Origin: Promethearchaeota archaeon
GTDB taxonomy: Archaea; Asgardarchaeota; Hermodarchaeia; Hermodarchaeales; Hermodarchaeaceae
DNA: 64,000 nt
Assembly: GCA_048939625.1 (NCBI GenBank)
Contig: JBHLPH010000007.1
Span: forward strand, 1 to 64,000
Reading direction: 5' to 3'
In this document: positions 9,438-19,963 of the stretch, in pieces
Position numbering within the stretch: the stretch's first letter is position 1
Layout: every line of letters starts with the position of its first letter
Notes under the pieces: model-generated
The model's database searches: none
Told to the model about the DNA's origin: nothing
Seen by the model: the letters and a program-made list of their open reading frames with translations, nothing else
Program-made: the position numbers and the translations under genes

Positions 9438-11351
9438 TTGATAGAAGTGACCTTGCGGCTGCGTTTAGTCTTGGGTTTCGTTATTGGGTGTACCCTTGCT
9501 TTGTCTTTCCTTTTTCCACTTCTGACTCCAGTTACTCTCCACTCTTCTGAACCCAACTCTGAGCCGAATTTAATAGCTCAACTGACCTCTGAGGTGAATC
9601 ACGCCCCAATGGCTGCACCATCACCCATCACAAATTATACGATTACTGCCTTTCTCCAAGATGTAAGTCATATTGTCAATGGAATTACAGCGATTAACTA
9701 TGTGAATCACGCAAATGTGGCATTTTCTAAATTGTACTTCCATCTGTATCCCAACGCCTTCAAACCTGATGGTTGGATTGAAATCTTCGATGTTATGTAT
9801 ACTAGCAATCCTCTTAGTTATACTATAAGTGGCACAGACCAAACGGTATTAGAAGTAGATCTAGTTGGGAGCTCAGGACCAGGGCAACTACCACCTGGTG
9901 GAAATGTTACTCTAACGGTCTCGTGGCAAGTGATGGTTCCGGAAAGTGGTGATCGGTTTGGTTGGTTCCATCGGACAGACCCCTACGAGTTTCTAGCCTA
10001 TAATATGGGAAATTGGCATCCCATCGTTGCAGTCTATGATGATCGAGGTTGGGATACGAAACCGTACTCGCATATGGGGGAAAGCTTCTACCATGATGTA
10101 GCCACTTATGATGTTGCCATCACAGTACCTGAGGATTATATCGTTGCCGCAACCGGTGAACTGCAAACCATCAATATTGGGGCGTCAACAAAATCATGGA
10201 ATTTCAAAACCGGCCCCGTCCGTGATTTCACCTGGTGTGCGAGTCCTAACTATGAAACAACAAGCATTATTTCACATAGTGTTAATGTCACTAGTTATTA
10301 CTTAGGCGCACATTCCGCGGGAGGACAGCGTGTTCTAGAGGTCGCGGATGATTGTTTAGAAATATATGGCGCTAATTTTGCTCCATATCCATGGGAAAGT
10401 CTAGCCATTGTGGAGGCTGATATTTGGGCTGGAGGAATGGAATATCCACAGCTGGTCATGATAGGACTTCCTCTTTATTCATATCCTGAAGGGCTCTCTT
10501 CTCTCGCTGCAGTGACCGCTCATGAGATTGGACATGAATGGATACCTTTCACATTAGGAACTGACAGTTATACAGAACCATGGATTGATGAGGGGTTTGC
10601 TTCCTTCGCTGAATACGTTTGGGTTGAATATGTCTATGGAGCCACCGAAAGAGCGGACTATCGAAACTACGATTTGACTCGATATTGGGAGTATGTGAAC
10701 TCTGAAGGTGATAAAACCCTTAATCAGTCGATGAGTGTCTGGCAAAGTGCTGATTGGTACGCGTATGGAAGCATCGTGTATGCTAAAGGTGCATTGATTT
10801 ACGATATGCTACGACATCAACTGGGATCAGCCACATTTTATGAAGCTTGGCAATACATCTTTACACATGGGATGCATGAGAAGGTACGAACAAGTACGTT
10901 ACAGGCATTTTTCGAAGAGGCTGTGAATGAATCTTTAGACTGGTTCTTTGATCCATGGGTGTATAACAATGGGGTGGTTACTCTTAGTTTCGGTGGAGTA
11001 TCTATTCAACAAGGCATCTCAGGTTGGTACGTAAGTTTCCAAGTTATTCAAGATCAACCCACACCCGTTCGTTTGCGGGTCCCCATTCACGTAAATTATG
11101 GAGTTCATTATGCAGTTCATTGGGTATGGATTGAACCACAGGCAGTGACGCTGTGTAGTCTTCAACTTTCCGAATTCCCCATTCAACTTACATTAGACCC
11201 TGATCGCCTGCTATTATGTCAATACCGGATTGATACCGCAATTCTTGCACTTAGCCCCGGCTCACCGATTCCCCTTTTAATAGGCGGGGCATTAGCAATA
11301 GGGCTTGTTGTTGGAGCTGTGGTCATGTATCGTCGTCGATATCAGTCTTAG
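9438..11351 (+). CDS. Secreted, membrane-anchored M1-family metallo-aminopeptidase
   Basis: GGMEYP, HEIGH-X18-E, YAKGA; N-terminal signal/TM; C-terminal TM plus RRR. Confidence 0.93.
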   Translation: MIEVTLRLRLVLGFVIGCTLALSFLFPLLTPVTLHSSEPNSEPNLIAQLTSEVNHAPMAAPSPITNYTITAFLQDVSHIVNGITAINYVNHANVAFSKLYFHLYPNAFKPDGWIEIFDVMYTSNPLSYTISGTDQTVLEVDLVGSSGPGQLPPGGNVTLTVSWQVMVPESGDRFGWFHRTDPYEFLAYNMGNWHPIVAVYDDRGWDTKPYSHMGESFYHDVATYDVAITVPEDYIVAATGELQTINIGASTKSWNFKTGPVRDFTWCASPNYETTSIISHSVNVTSYYLGAHSAGGQRVLEVADDCLEIYGANFAPYPWESLAIVEADIWAGGMEYPQLVMIGLPLYSYPEGLSSLAAVTAHEIGHEWIPFTLGTDSYTEPWIDEGFASFAEYVWVEYVYGATERADYRNYDLTRYWEYVNSEGDKTLNQSMSVWQSADWYAYGSIVYAKGALIYDMLRHQLGSATFYEAWQYIFTHGMHEKVRTSTLQAFFEEAVNESLDWFFDPWVYNNGVVTLSFGGVSIQQGISGWYVSFQVIQDQPTPVRLRVPIHVNYGVHYAVHWVWIEPQAVTLCSLQLSEFPIQLTLDPDRLLLCQYRIDTAILALSPGSPIPLLIGGALAIGLVVGAVVMYRRRYQS

Positions 11352-11353
11352 AC

Positions 11354-11533
11354 TTAGATTTTCAGCTTCTCTTTGACTTCGTGCATGTCCTTTTCTAGCT
11401 TTTCTACCCGTACCACAAGCTGACGGAGTAAAGCTACAATATCCGCATCAAAAGGGTGCCGAGGATCCTTTGGATGAATGGGTCGAGGCTCTCGCCGCTT
11501 TAATGGATCAAGGTCATCTGGATCTAAACTCAA
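11354..11533 (-). CDS. 59-aa protein with C-terminal coiled coil, not in ORF track
   Basis: TTG start after GGAG: MSLDPDDLDPLKRREPRPIHPKDPRHPFDADIVALLRQLVVRVEKLEKDMHEVKEKLKI; fills the gap downstream of the radical SAM gene. Confidence 0.65.
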   Translation of the reverse strand: MSLDPDDLDPLKRREPRPIHPKDPRHPFDADIVALLRQLVVRVEKLEKDMHEVKEKLKI

Positions 11534-11593
11534 TTATGTCCAACTCCAAAAGACATTAGTCTATTTTTTCGAAGCTGGAGAGTTAAACCTTTC

Positions 11594-12511
11594 TCACAGT
11601 CCCCGAATATATTCCGGTCGTAATCTTTCTGATATATTTGGGTCTGCCAGAACAGAGTCAATGGTTCCAAGCAGTCTTTCTCGATCTCGGGAAAGGACGC
11701 CTTGTAGAGGGAGATAATTCGAAGCATGGTTTGTACGAAATACACAATGTGTTAGACCGGTGAGCCCATCAATGAGGCTGCGAAGCTCCTGGAGAATTTC
11801 AAGCGGTGTTAACGGTTGGAATTCCTCTCGTTTTGTTTGAGAATACAGCTCTGTTCCGGGAACGAGCATGAGTGTCAAAGCTGCTAAGAATGGCGGATTA
11901 ATTGTCCTCATTGTCTTTGCAGTATTTTCAGCATGAAGCTGACTCCGGCTTTTCCCGCCTAGTCCTAGGATAATAATCGGAGAGAGGGTAAATCCTGCCT
12001 TCTTTAGTCGTAAACAAGCTGTAATGTGTTCTTTGTTCGAGATGCCTTTGTTTACATTTTGGAGAACGATGTCATCTCCGGATTCCAAACCGATATAGAT
12101 CATCTCCAATCCCGCTTGACGGATTTGAGCCAATTCTTCGTCGGTCTTTCGTTGGACGTTGGTCCCACTCGCATAAATGCTAATTCGCTCTGTAGTTGGA
12201 AATTCATCAGCTAAGAGCTGGAGAATATCCATGAGCTGCTTTGTATTGAGGACGAAGGCATCACCGTCTGCAAGGAATATCCGTCGAGGGTGAATCCTAT
12301 ATTTACGGCTAATTTGGATTACTTCCTCTTTGAATTGTGAAAAAGGTTTGACTCTAAATTGCTTCGTGCGGTAGCTACCACAGAAGGTGCAGGCGTTATG
12401 TGAACACCCTAAAGTTGCTTGAAGAATCAGACTATTCGCTTCACTTGGAGGACGAAAGACAGGGGATTCAAGGAAGTTTGGGTATCCAGAGAAGGGTGGC
12501 ATAATTGTCAT
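11594..12511 (-). CDS. Radical SAM protein
   Basis: CSHNACTFC cluster motif, RPPSEA, YIGLESG, NHASNY. Confidence 0.93.
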   Translation of the reverse strand: MTIMPPFSGYPNFLESPVFRPPSEANSLILQATLGCSHNACTFCGSYRTKQFRVKPFSQFKEEVIQISRKYRIHPRRIFLADGDAFVLNTKQLMDILQLLADEFPTTERISIYASGTNVQRKTDEELAQIRQAGLEMIYIGLESGDDIVLQNVNKGISNKEHITACLRLKKAGFTLSPIIILGLGGKSRSQLHAENTAKTMRTINPPFLAALTLMLVPGTELYSQTKREEFQPLTPLEILQELRSLIDGLTGLTHCVFRTNHASNYLPLQGVLSRDRERLLGTIDSVLADPNISERLRPEYIRGL

Positions 12512-12564
12512 GTGTCGTGTTATGTGGCGCTTTAAGAGATTTCCGTAATATTAACGCGGTGTAT

Positions 12565-13089
12565 TTACGCTTCTTGTTTTATATAGTTAAGAAGTAGGAT
12601 AAGAGCGGCACGACTAAAATTCAGTTTATTATCACGTCGAGTACCTGTAAACTGATATTCTTGTGTAATGGTTTCAAACGCGCGGTGAGAAACTGCCACA
12701 TAGACCAATCCAATCGGCTTCGTTGATTTTCCTTTAGTGGGACCTGCGATTCCTGACGTGGCAAGACCATAATCGGAGTTCATCCATAATCGAACCCCAT
12801 TAGCCATAGCTGATACTGTTTCTGCACTAACACTGCCAAAGCGTTTCGTGGTTGATTCAGGAACCTGTAATAAGCGGTGTTTCAACTCGTTTGCATACGC
12901 GACAACACCACCATCATAGAAATCCGAACTACCAGGCGTTTCTGTTAGGAGGTGTTGAATCAAACCTCCTGTTGCAGATTCAGCTACCATTAAAGTCGCC
13001 TTTTGTTTGACAAGTAGATATGCAATTTGAGATACAATCCCCTGAAACACTTCTGCTTCATCTGCATTAATAAAAGGGCTTTTTACCAT
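12565..13089 (-). CDS. CinA C-terminal domain protein (PncC-like NMN deamidase)
   Basis: AESATGG, PGSS, SGIAGP, GLVYVAV. Confidence 0.9.
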   Translation of the reverse strand: MVKSPFINADEAEVFQGIVSQIAYLLVKQKATLMVAESATGGLIQHLLTETPGSSDFYDGGVVAYANELKHRLLQVPESTTKRFGSVSAETVSAMANGVRLWMNSDYGLATSGIAGPTKGKSTKPIGLVYVAVSHRAFETITQEYQFTGTRRDNKLNFSRAALILLLNYIKQEA

Positions 13090-13223
13090 CGATAAGCCTC
13101 CTGTGATTCTTCACTATGTTGTGGCAGTATTTGGGTCTAGTCATTTTCAAAATAATGCGATGGAAAAGGTTTTAGCTATCTCTTCTCCTTACTCGAAATA
13201 CACTTCATTTGGTGAACTGTACT

Positions 13224-13400
13224 ATGACACAGAAAATCATGCCTGATGAAATGTCCATCAAATCGATTTGCCTTGATTGCAAAAATTATGATCGAAAAGG
13301 TGGCGTGTGCACGGGGACAAACCCTTTTGCCAAATCTGGCGATAAGAGTTATCTTCTCCTCGTCGATAAAGCCTCCTGTTATGGTTTTGAGAAAGCTTAA
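13224..13400 (+). CDS. Small Cys-containing protein (putative metal-binding)
   Basis: GGTGA RBS then ATG at 13224; CLDCKNY...C...CYGF four-Cys pattern. Confidence 0.7.
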   Translation: MTQKIMPDEMSIKSICLDCKNYDRKGGVCTGTNPFAKSGDKSYLLLVDKASCYGFEKA

Positions 13401-13457
13401 ACGCGTCTCGTTTAGTCATGGCGGTGCTCTGGCGCTCAACTAGGTTCTATGCGTTTT
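13399..13457. terminator. Stem-loop between convergent small genes
   Basis: AAACGCGT (13399-13406) pairs with ATGCGTTT (13449-13456); inner TTTAGT/ACTAGG and GGCG/CGCT; T run follows. Confidence 0.45.
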
Positions 13458-13517
13458 TAGACAAAAAGATAGCAAATGAAGTAGCCCCCTTGCAACTGCA
13501 GGAGGATTAATGTAAAC

Positions 13518-13760
13518 CTAAGGCCAGGCACCAGCGCCGAATTTGGATTTGTATGTCCAGGTGTTCCCGCATTTATCGCATTTGCGAGTGATTTCATGGC
13601 CGTAAGCGATGGGAACTTTTCGTAAAATCGTGGTTGCATCACTTCGGCATCTTGGGCACTGATCGGGGGCAAGGGGTTTTTCTTCTGGTTTGGGTGCGGC
13701 TGGTGGTTGAGTTGGAGGTGTGGATGGAGGAGGAGTTTCGGGTGGAGGAGATTCTGCCAA
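13518..13760 (-). CDS. Pro-rich zinc-ribbon protein
   Basis: Pro-rich N-terminus, CPRC...CDKCGNTW zinc ribbon; AGGTGA RBS before TTG. Confidence 0.75.
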   Translation of the reverse strand: MAESPPPETPPPSTPPTQPPAAPKPEEKPLAPDQCPRCRSDATTILRKVPIAYGHEITRKCDKCGNTWTYKSKFGAGAWP

Positions 13761-13901
13761 GGTTTTGTCACCTCTAGGGGAAAGGTCATCTAATGTATGG
13801 GCTTTTCCCTTATAATCTACAATGATACATTACACACAACGGTTTAAAATTTCAGTGGTTCAATTATGAAGGAAACAACCATTCTATTCCTAATTTATTA
13901 G

Positions 13902-15758
13902 ATGGAGCACAACGTCGTGGCAAAAGTCAAAATTCGATTTGAACCTGAGGGACGACAGACATCGGCACAAACAGGTGAAACTATCCTCAAGATCGCTCAA
14001 CGAGTTGGCTTGGAACTTCGATCTGACTGTGGAGGTCAAGGAAGTTGTGGAAAATGTCGGGTTCTAATCGAACCTTTATCCACGCTCAACGCTCCAACAC
14101 CAGAAGAAATGGCTCTCTTATCTCCTCGTTATTTACAGGCAGGATTTCGACTTGCTTGCCAGGTTCACGTTCCTAGCAAAGGTAATTTTGTGGTCACAAT
14201 TCCCACTGCAACTCGGGGGTTACGTCGTCGAGTTCAACTGGATGGAATCCTTCAACCTTTCCAGCTAACACCTGCAGTTGAATCTGTTTTAGTTCGAGTT
14301 GCTCGAATCGATCCGAATGAATGCATACCTGATACAGAACGTGTTCTAACAAGCTTAGCTATTAATCCACGTTTAAGCGCCACAATTCGTTGGGAATATC
14401 CGTTACCTATCATTACAAAAACACCGTCTGCAGTTCGAAAAGCAGACGGAGAAGTCACGGTTGTGATTCGGAATAGTGTTCAAATTCTTGATATTCTTGC
14501 AGGGGATGCCAGAGAGAATGTGTATGGAGTTGCTTTGGATATTGGGACATCTAAAATCGTTGGAAGTCTCTATTCTCTCACTTCAGGAGACCTTCTTCGG
14601 ACTGAGGGAATTGAAAATCCGCAACTGCGGTTTGGCGAAGATATAATGTCTCGGCTGAGCTACGCAGGCGTGAGCCAACAGACCCGCAAAGAGTTGCAGA
14701 ATGCAGTCATCGAAGGTGTCAATTCAATTCTTAATTCACTGGTTGCATCAGGCTTCTCCTTGGATAGAATTTACGAATTAGTGGTTGTGGGCAACACAGT
14801 AATGACGAGTTTGTTTCTGGGTTTGGATACCACGCATCTTGCCTATGGACCCTTTGTTCCTCCCTTTCGTGGACCAATAGAGGTTGCTGCAGATCAATTG
14901 AATCTCATAATTCCACCTCAAAGCATCATCCATGTTCTTCCTAATATTGCCGGGTATGTTGGCGCTGATGCCATTGCGGATATAATAGCAACTGGACTCC
15001 ATACCAATCAGGCTCCTTGTCTTCTCATTGATATTGGCACTAACAGTGAAGTGATACTTGGAAATAAGGACCGAATTTCTGCAACTTCCTGTGCTGCTGG
15101 ACCTGCATTCGAGGGTGCTCAAATCGAACATGGGATGAAGGCTGTGAGTGGGGCTATTGAGCGTGTCACCTATAATTCTGATTCGGGGCAGTTCAATTTG
15201 ACAACCATCGATAACAAAACTCCGAATGGCATTTGTGGATCGGGGGTTGTGGACGTCATCGCTGAACTAGCTCACGCGGGATTCATCTCGTCAAAAGGTC
15301 GGTTTACATCCCAAGCTCAATCTTTAATTGTTACCAAAGGAAAATTAAAAGCAATAACGCTATTTAAAGGAACATCCAAGAAAAAACGGTTTGCAATCAC
15401 GATTTCAGAACAAGACATTTCGAATCTACTTCTCGCTAAGGCAGCAATTCAAACTGGCTATTCATTGGTGCTTCAACACCAACAGTTATCACCAGCTGAT
15501 TTGAACCATGTCTTTATCGCGGGCGCTTTTGGCAATTACCTGAACATGACCAACGCACAACGTATCGGGTTAATTCCGCCAGTTCCCTTGGACCGAGTTT
15601 CCTTTATCGGCAATGCTGCACTAAGTGGTGCCCAAATGGCTCTCCTCTCTATGAGTCACCGCGAACAAGCAATTTCGCTAGCGAGGAGTGTAAAGTTCGT
15701 AGATTTAGCCCGACATCCCGATTTTTCCCAAACATATGCTGCTTCCCTCTTCCTTTGA
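13902..15758 (+). CDS. Reductive activator of corrinoid proteins (RACo/DUF4445, ASKHA ATPase with N-terminal [2Fe-2S])
   Basis: CGGQGSCGKC...RLACQ ferredoxin; DIGTSK, DIGTNSE, CAAGPAFEG, GICGSG, IAGAFG. Confidence 0.94.
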   Translation: MEHNVVAKVKIRFEPEGRQTSAQTGETILKIAQRVGLELRSDCGGQGSCGKCRVLIEPLSTLNAPTPEEMALLSPRYLQAGFRLACQVHVPSKGNFVVTIPTATRGLRRRVQLDGILQPFQLTPAVESVLVRVARIDPNECIPDTERVLTSLAINPRLSATIRWEYPLPIITKTPSAVRKADGEVTVVIRNSVQILDILAGDARENVYGVALDIGTSKIVGSLYSLTSGDLLRTEGIENPQLRFGEDIMSRLSYAGVSQQTRKELQNAVIEGVNSILNSLVASGFSLDRIYELVVVGNTVMTSLFLGLDTTHLAYGPFVPPFRGPIEVAADQLNLIIPPQSIIHVLPNIAGYVGADAIADIIATGLHTNQAPCLLIDIGTNSEVILGNKDRISATSCAAGPAFEGAQIEHGMKAVSGAIERVTYNSDSGQFNLTTIDNKTPNGICGSGVVDVIAELAHAGFISSKGRFTSQAQSLIVTKGKLKAITLFKGTSKKKRFAITISEQDISNLLLAKAAIQTGYSLVLQHQQLSPADLNHVFIAGAFGNYLNMTNAQRIGLIPPVPLDRVSFIGNAALSGAQMALLSMSHREQAISLARSVKFVDLARHPDFSQTYAASLFL

Positions 15759-15817
15759 CTTAGGCTAAACAAATATTTATGAGAATATAGCATACCTGCG
15801 ATTCCAAGGGATCTGCT

Positions 15818-17068
15818 ATGGATGAAGAAAAGCAATCTGTCCCCGAGTCGTGTGATGAAATTCCCACGGAACGGTGTGTGGTCCAAGCATTTGGCGCCGC
15901 ATCTTTTCTCAACGATATGGGTTCTGACATCGTGTTTTCTATATGGCCAGTGTTCGTCACCCTCCTTACGTCACCTGCTTTAGCACCATTAATTCTTGGA
16001 TTAGTAGATGGAATTGGTGATTTCGTTGTAAATGTCTCAAAAGGATTCTCAGGATTTATTTCCGATAAAGTACAGAAACGGAAGGCATTCATCTGGTCAG
16101 GATATTCGATGGGTGCAGCCTCTCGGTTAATCTACGCCTTCACCCCGATATGGCAATTGCTAATTCCTGCCAAGATTCTCGATCGCGCGGGGAAACTCCG
16201 TGGTGCTCCTCGTGATGCCCTCATTGCAGATGTCTCCACACATGAAACTCGTGGGCGAAATTTTGGCATTCTCAGAACCCTCGATAACCTTGGAGCCACT
16301 GTTGGTGTCCTAATCACCATTGCCTTTGTTACATTCCTTGTCCCTTGGTTTGCATCAGTCCTCGGATATGACACACTCGCAAGTCTGCGCTTACTCTTTG
16401 TATTTGCCACAATCCCAACCGTCATCGGAGCAATTATTATAATTCTACGAATTGTAGACTACCGAAAGGATACTAAAAAACCAGTCTTTCGAATTTCAGG
16501 AATAAATCGAAGTCTAGTAATTTTCATAATACTCAGTATACTCTTTGCTCTTGCATCATTCAGTTGGTCCCTGGTCACTCTTTATGCTGGTGAGTTCCTT
16601 GTGTTTCCAACTATCAATCCGATTCTAGGGGTTCCCGTCGCTTATCTCACCTTCACCTTAACTGCTGCATTAACCTCGGCCCCTTTAGGGCGGCTTGGTG
16701 ACCGAATCGGGCGACGCCTTACTCTCTTTATTGGCTTTGCATTTTTCGGGGCGATGTGTGCAATTTTTCTTTTCATCTCAAGTTTCTGGACGGTGTTATT
16801 AGCACTCATCTTTTATGGAGTGAGTATCGGAGCGACGGTTCCGATGCAATCTTCCCTTGTCTCGGAGCTGTCTCCCATTGAGGTTCGAGCAAGTATGCTT
16901 GGATTGTACCAAATGCTAATCGGAATCGCCTTGCTCCCTGCGAGCCTTATAGCAGGTTATCTCTGGGTCTTATTAGGACCCAGCTTCACTTTTGGACTCG
17001 CGTTGGGTCTGACAGCGCTTGCCTCGGTGTTTTTGCCTTTCGTAAAAGAATCCGAATCAGCCGATTGA
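15818..17068 (+). CDS. MFS transporter
   Basis: GFISDKVQKRK, RGAPRDALIAD, GRLGDRIGRR motif A; about 12 TM. Confidence 0.92.
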   Translation: MDEEKQSVPESCDEIPTERCVVQAFGAASFLNDMGSDIVFSIWPVFVTLLTSPALAPLILGLVDGIGDFVVNVSKGFSGFISDKVQKRKAFIWSGYSMGAASRLIYAFTPIWQLLIPAKILDRAGKLRGAPRDALIADVSTHETRGRNFGILRTLDNLGATVGVLITIAFVTFLVPWFASVLGYDTLASLRLLFVFATIPTVIGAIIIILRIVDYRKDTKKPVFRISGINRSLVIFIILSILFALASFSWSLVTLYAGEFLVFPTINPILGVPVAYLTFTLTAALTSAPLGRLGDRIGRRLTLFIGFAFFGAMCAIFLFISSFWTVLLALIFYGVSIGATVPMQSSLVSELSPIEVRASMLGLYQMLIGIALLPASLIAGYLWVLLGPSFTFGLALGLTALASVFLPFVKESESAD

Positions 17069-17084
17069 ACTACATTGCAATTGG

Positions 17085-18554
17085 TTAAAGATTCTTAAAC
17101 TCGTCGGGGATCGGCTTCGGTTCAACATTCGCTCCAATTAGAATTCCGAGGATGACAAGATTTAGAGCTAAAGCAATTACAAGCACGGGAACTGCCCCGA
17201 ATACAGTATAGATAATTCCTGAGGGAATGGGCGTAACAAGTGAAGCGATGAACACAACGATGAAAAAGATACTTAGCATCTTCGCGGTTTCTGAACGGGG
17301 CAAGGCTTTTCGCAGATAGGTGAGAATCAAGGTCCACCAAAGTATGTCATTGATATTTTTCATTGCGATGGCAAGAAATGCTGTACTCGCTAGGGGTTCA
17401 ACAAAAGGATACAATGCAATGAGCGGCGTAATCCAGGTGATTGGCAACCAATACGGGAATAGTGGGGCAAGGATGAGAATCACGAGGGTCACAGGCATCA
17501 CACTATAGACTGCGACGATGGCCCGACGGCTTCCCCGAGCGTCAAAGAATGATCCCACATAGACAGAGAGAGGAATCGAGAATGCCAGGACAACAATCAA
17601 CATGATGCTGATTTCACCGATCGAGAAGCCCAACGCCTCATTCAAATAGAACGTGCTGACAAACCGATAAAAGCCGTCACTTAGCGCATCAAGGATTAGA
17701 ACAATCGAAAAGACTGGTAAGATCACCCAAAGAAGTTTGAGGGCATTTCCATTCTGTTTGATGAAATCACGAGCTCTATTCGTTTCCTTTTTCTTTCGAA
17801 CAATCGGACGGGGCTCTGCAAGAAATATTGCCCGAATCACGGCTGCAGCCATGTAACATAAAAATCCTATGAAGAACACAATTTGAATAGTAATTACAAA
17901 GGGGACACCCATCGCTAGAAGCCACGTGACCATCCCAAGTCCAATTAATCCAAATCCACTACTTGTTTGGAAAATACCCATTGCGAGCCCGCTATGTTCA
18001 GGTTCGATTTGTTCGTAAATATAACTAGTGCTGCCACTAGCGAATAGAGCCGAACCCGCCATGAGGACTGAACCGGCAATGATTCCAATGATTCCGGTGC
18101 TAAAAGCAAAGATGAGCATAGCAATCCCTGAGACAAACATGGTCAGCACCGAGAGCCATTTTCGATTGTAATTATCACCGATATAGCCACCAAAGAATCG
18201 GGCAACAAGCTCTATACTCATATACCCGAGAATAATGAGCCCAATTGTGATGTAGACTAGTCCAATTTGAGGCGTGTATAAAATCAGAAAGTCCCGAAGG
18301 AACAGCATAAGATAACTTTGCATTATGATACCGAATACACCTAATATCCAAGAAGTAACCAGGTACACAGAATAGCTGCCATACGTTAGCACCGATTTTA
18401 TTGAAGCGAAAAAGCCTTTTCTTGGTGCCTCCTTCTTCTCTGGGGGTGGAACTTCTGGGGCTGGCTCCAAATCACCAGGAATTGGATCTACGGAGCTAGT
18501 TGGTGGAGAACTATCTGTGTCATCAGTGGGTTGATTGTCATTCAATGTGCTCAC
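17085..18554 (-). CDS. MFS transporter with acidic/Pro-rich N-terminal tail
   Basis: GGYIGDNYNRK and GSFFDARGSRR motif-A repeats; multiple TM. Confidence 0.85.
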   Translation of the reverse strand: MSTLNDNQPTDDTDSSPPTSSVDPIPGDLEPAPEVPPPEKKEAPRKGFFASIKSVLTYGSYSVYLVTSWILGVFGIIMQSYLMLFLRDFLILYTPQIGLVYITIGLIILGYMSIELVARFFGGYIGDNYNRKWLSVLTMFVSGIAMLIFAFSTGIIGIIAGSVLMAGSALFASGSTSYIYEQIEPEHSGLAMGIFQTSSGFGLIGLGMVTWLLAMGVPFVITIQIVFFIGFLCYMAAAVIRAIFLAEPRPIVRKKKETNRARDFIKQNGNALKLLWVILPVFSIVLILDALSDGFYRFVSTFYLNEALGFSIGEISIMLIVVLAFSIPLSVYVGSFFDARGSRRAIVAVYSVMPVTLVILILAPLFPYWLPITWITPLIALYPFVEPLASTAFLAIAMKNINDILWWTLILTYLRKALPRSETAKMLSIFFIVVFIASLVTPIPSGIIYTVFGAVPVLVIALALNLVILGILIGANVEPKPIPDEFKNL

Positions 18555-18600
18555 TATTCCTGCAGTGTGTGGTCAGTACAGATATGTTAACTGTAAAATT

Positions 18601-18620
18601 GTGACCAGAATCTTGGTCAC
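18601..18620. promoter_or_regulatory. Palindromic candidate operator in divergent intergenic region
   Basis: GTGACCA-N6-TGGTCAC between the MFS and M24 peptidase genes. Confidence 0.4.
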
Positions 18621-18778
18621 TCCAGCCTTGATTGGAGGTACTTAGGTATTGTGCAAAGCCCAATACGCTAGATGCTTTGTAATTCAGCCTCTTAAGGTCA
18701 ACGTGAAATCATCAGAAGATTTAAGGTAAGAGTTCACACAGGACGCCATCATTCAACGCGAATTAAGAGGGCTCTCAG

Positions 18779-19963
18779 GTGCTAGAAGATATTGATCAAT
18801 TGATGACAACTTATGGAGTTGATGCGCTCTATCTGCAAGGAAAAAGCCTCTTAAATCCCGATCTCTATTACATGAGCCGATTTCTTGCTGTCGATCCGAT
18901 ATATTTCGTAAAACTCCCAAATCAGGCAGGAATCTTGGCTGCATCGGATATGGTCTGTGAGCGTGCCAAAGAATATTCACTTGTTCAACAGTTTTACAGT
19001 CTCAGTCCAACGATGAACAAGGCTTTGAGCGATCGGGTTACTCGGGATGAATATGTCCTAAGGGTGATTACCGACCTAGTGAAGAACCTTCTGCCTTCAG
19101 GTGGTGTCATCGGAATTTCGAACGAAACAAGTGCTCTCCATATTTATTTTCTTCAAAAACTCGGGGTTGAGGTAAAGCCCGTTGAGAACCTCTTTTTAGA
19201 GGCTCGGGAAACAAAAGATATAGAGGAACTCAAGGCCATCGAACAGGCTAGTCAGTCCACTGAAGCCACATTCAGGCAGGTCATTGAGATTATTCAGAAT
19301 TCTGACATTGGATCAAAGAACGTGTTAATGTATGAAAAAGAACCCTTGACAGTTGGTCGAGTTAAACGTCAAATTGAGCATGGACTAGTTGATAACGATT
19401 CAGAGAATAGTGAAGAATCGATTGTGGCCGCGGGCATCAAAGGTGCTGATTTCCATTATCTAGGGATGCGAGGCGATGTCCTCCACGCGCATGAGCCCAT
19501 CATTGTTGATATCTTCCCAAGACATATTGAGGAGCGATATCATGCTGACATCACACGTACGATTGTTAGAGGAAATGTTTCAACCGAAGTTCGCAAATTA
19601 TTTGAATCGGTCGAAGGGGCACTTGATGCGGTTGCAGATACATTAAGCACTGCAAATACAACTACAGAATTGGTTGAAGCCATGGCTAACTCCTTTGAAC
19701 GGGATGGACATCAATCAGTGAACCGTACACCTAACATCACTGAAGGCATGTTACATGCTCTAGGACATGGAATCGGTCTCAATGTTCATGAAGCTCCTTG
19801 GCTATCTCTTCAACCAAATCCTCTCAAATCCAGTGCAGTCATTGCAATAGAACCTGCGCTCTACTACAAGAAAATCGGTGGAATACGGATTGAAGATGAT
19901 ATGACAGTGACCTCAAAGGGTTCACGTATACTTACAAAATTACCCCGAATGGTCTTCCTCTAG
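18779..19963 (+). CDS. M24-family Xaa-Pro aminopeptidase
   Basis: YHADITRT, HALGHGIGLNVHEAP, IEPALY, GIRIEDD. Confidence 0.94.
   Translation: MLEDIDQLMTTYGVDALYLQGKSLLNPDLYYMSRFLAVDPIYFVKLPNQAGILAASDMVCERAKEYSLVQQFYSLSPTMNKALSDRVTRDEYVLRVITDLVKNLLPSGGVIGISNETSALHIYFLQKLGVEVKPVENLFLEARETKDIEELKAIEQASQSTEATFRQVIEIIQNSDIGSKNVLMYEKEPLTVGRVKRQIEHGLVDNDSENSEESIVAAGIKGADFHYLGMRGDVLHAHEPIIVDIFPRHIEERYHADITRTIVRGNVSTEVRKLFESVEGALDAVADTLSTANTTTELVEAMANSFERDGHQSVNRTPNITEGMLHALGHGIGLNVHEAPWLSLQPNPLKSSAVIAIEPALYYKKIGGIRIEDDMTVTSKGSRILTKLPRMVFL

Noticed and set aside
13457-13789. 110-aa alternate-frame ORF
   Set aside because: Overlaps the zinc-ribbon ORF, which has the RBS and the motif
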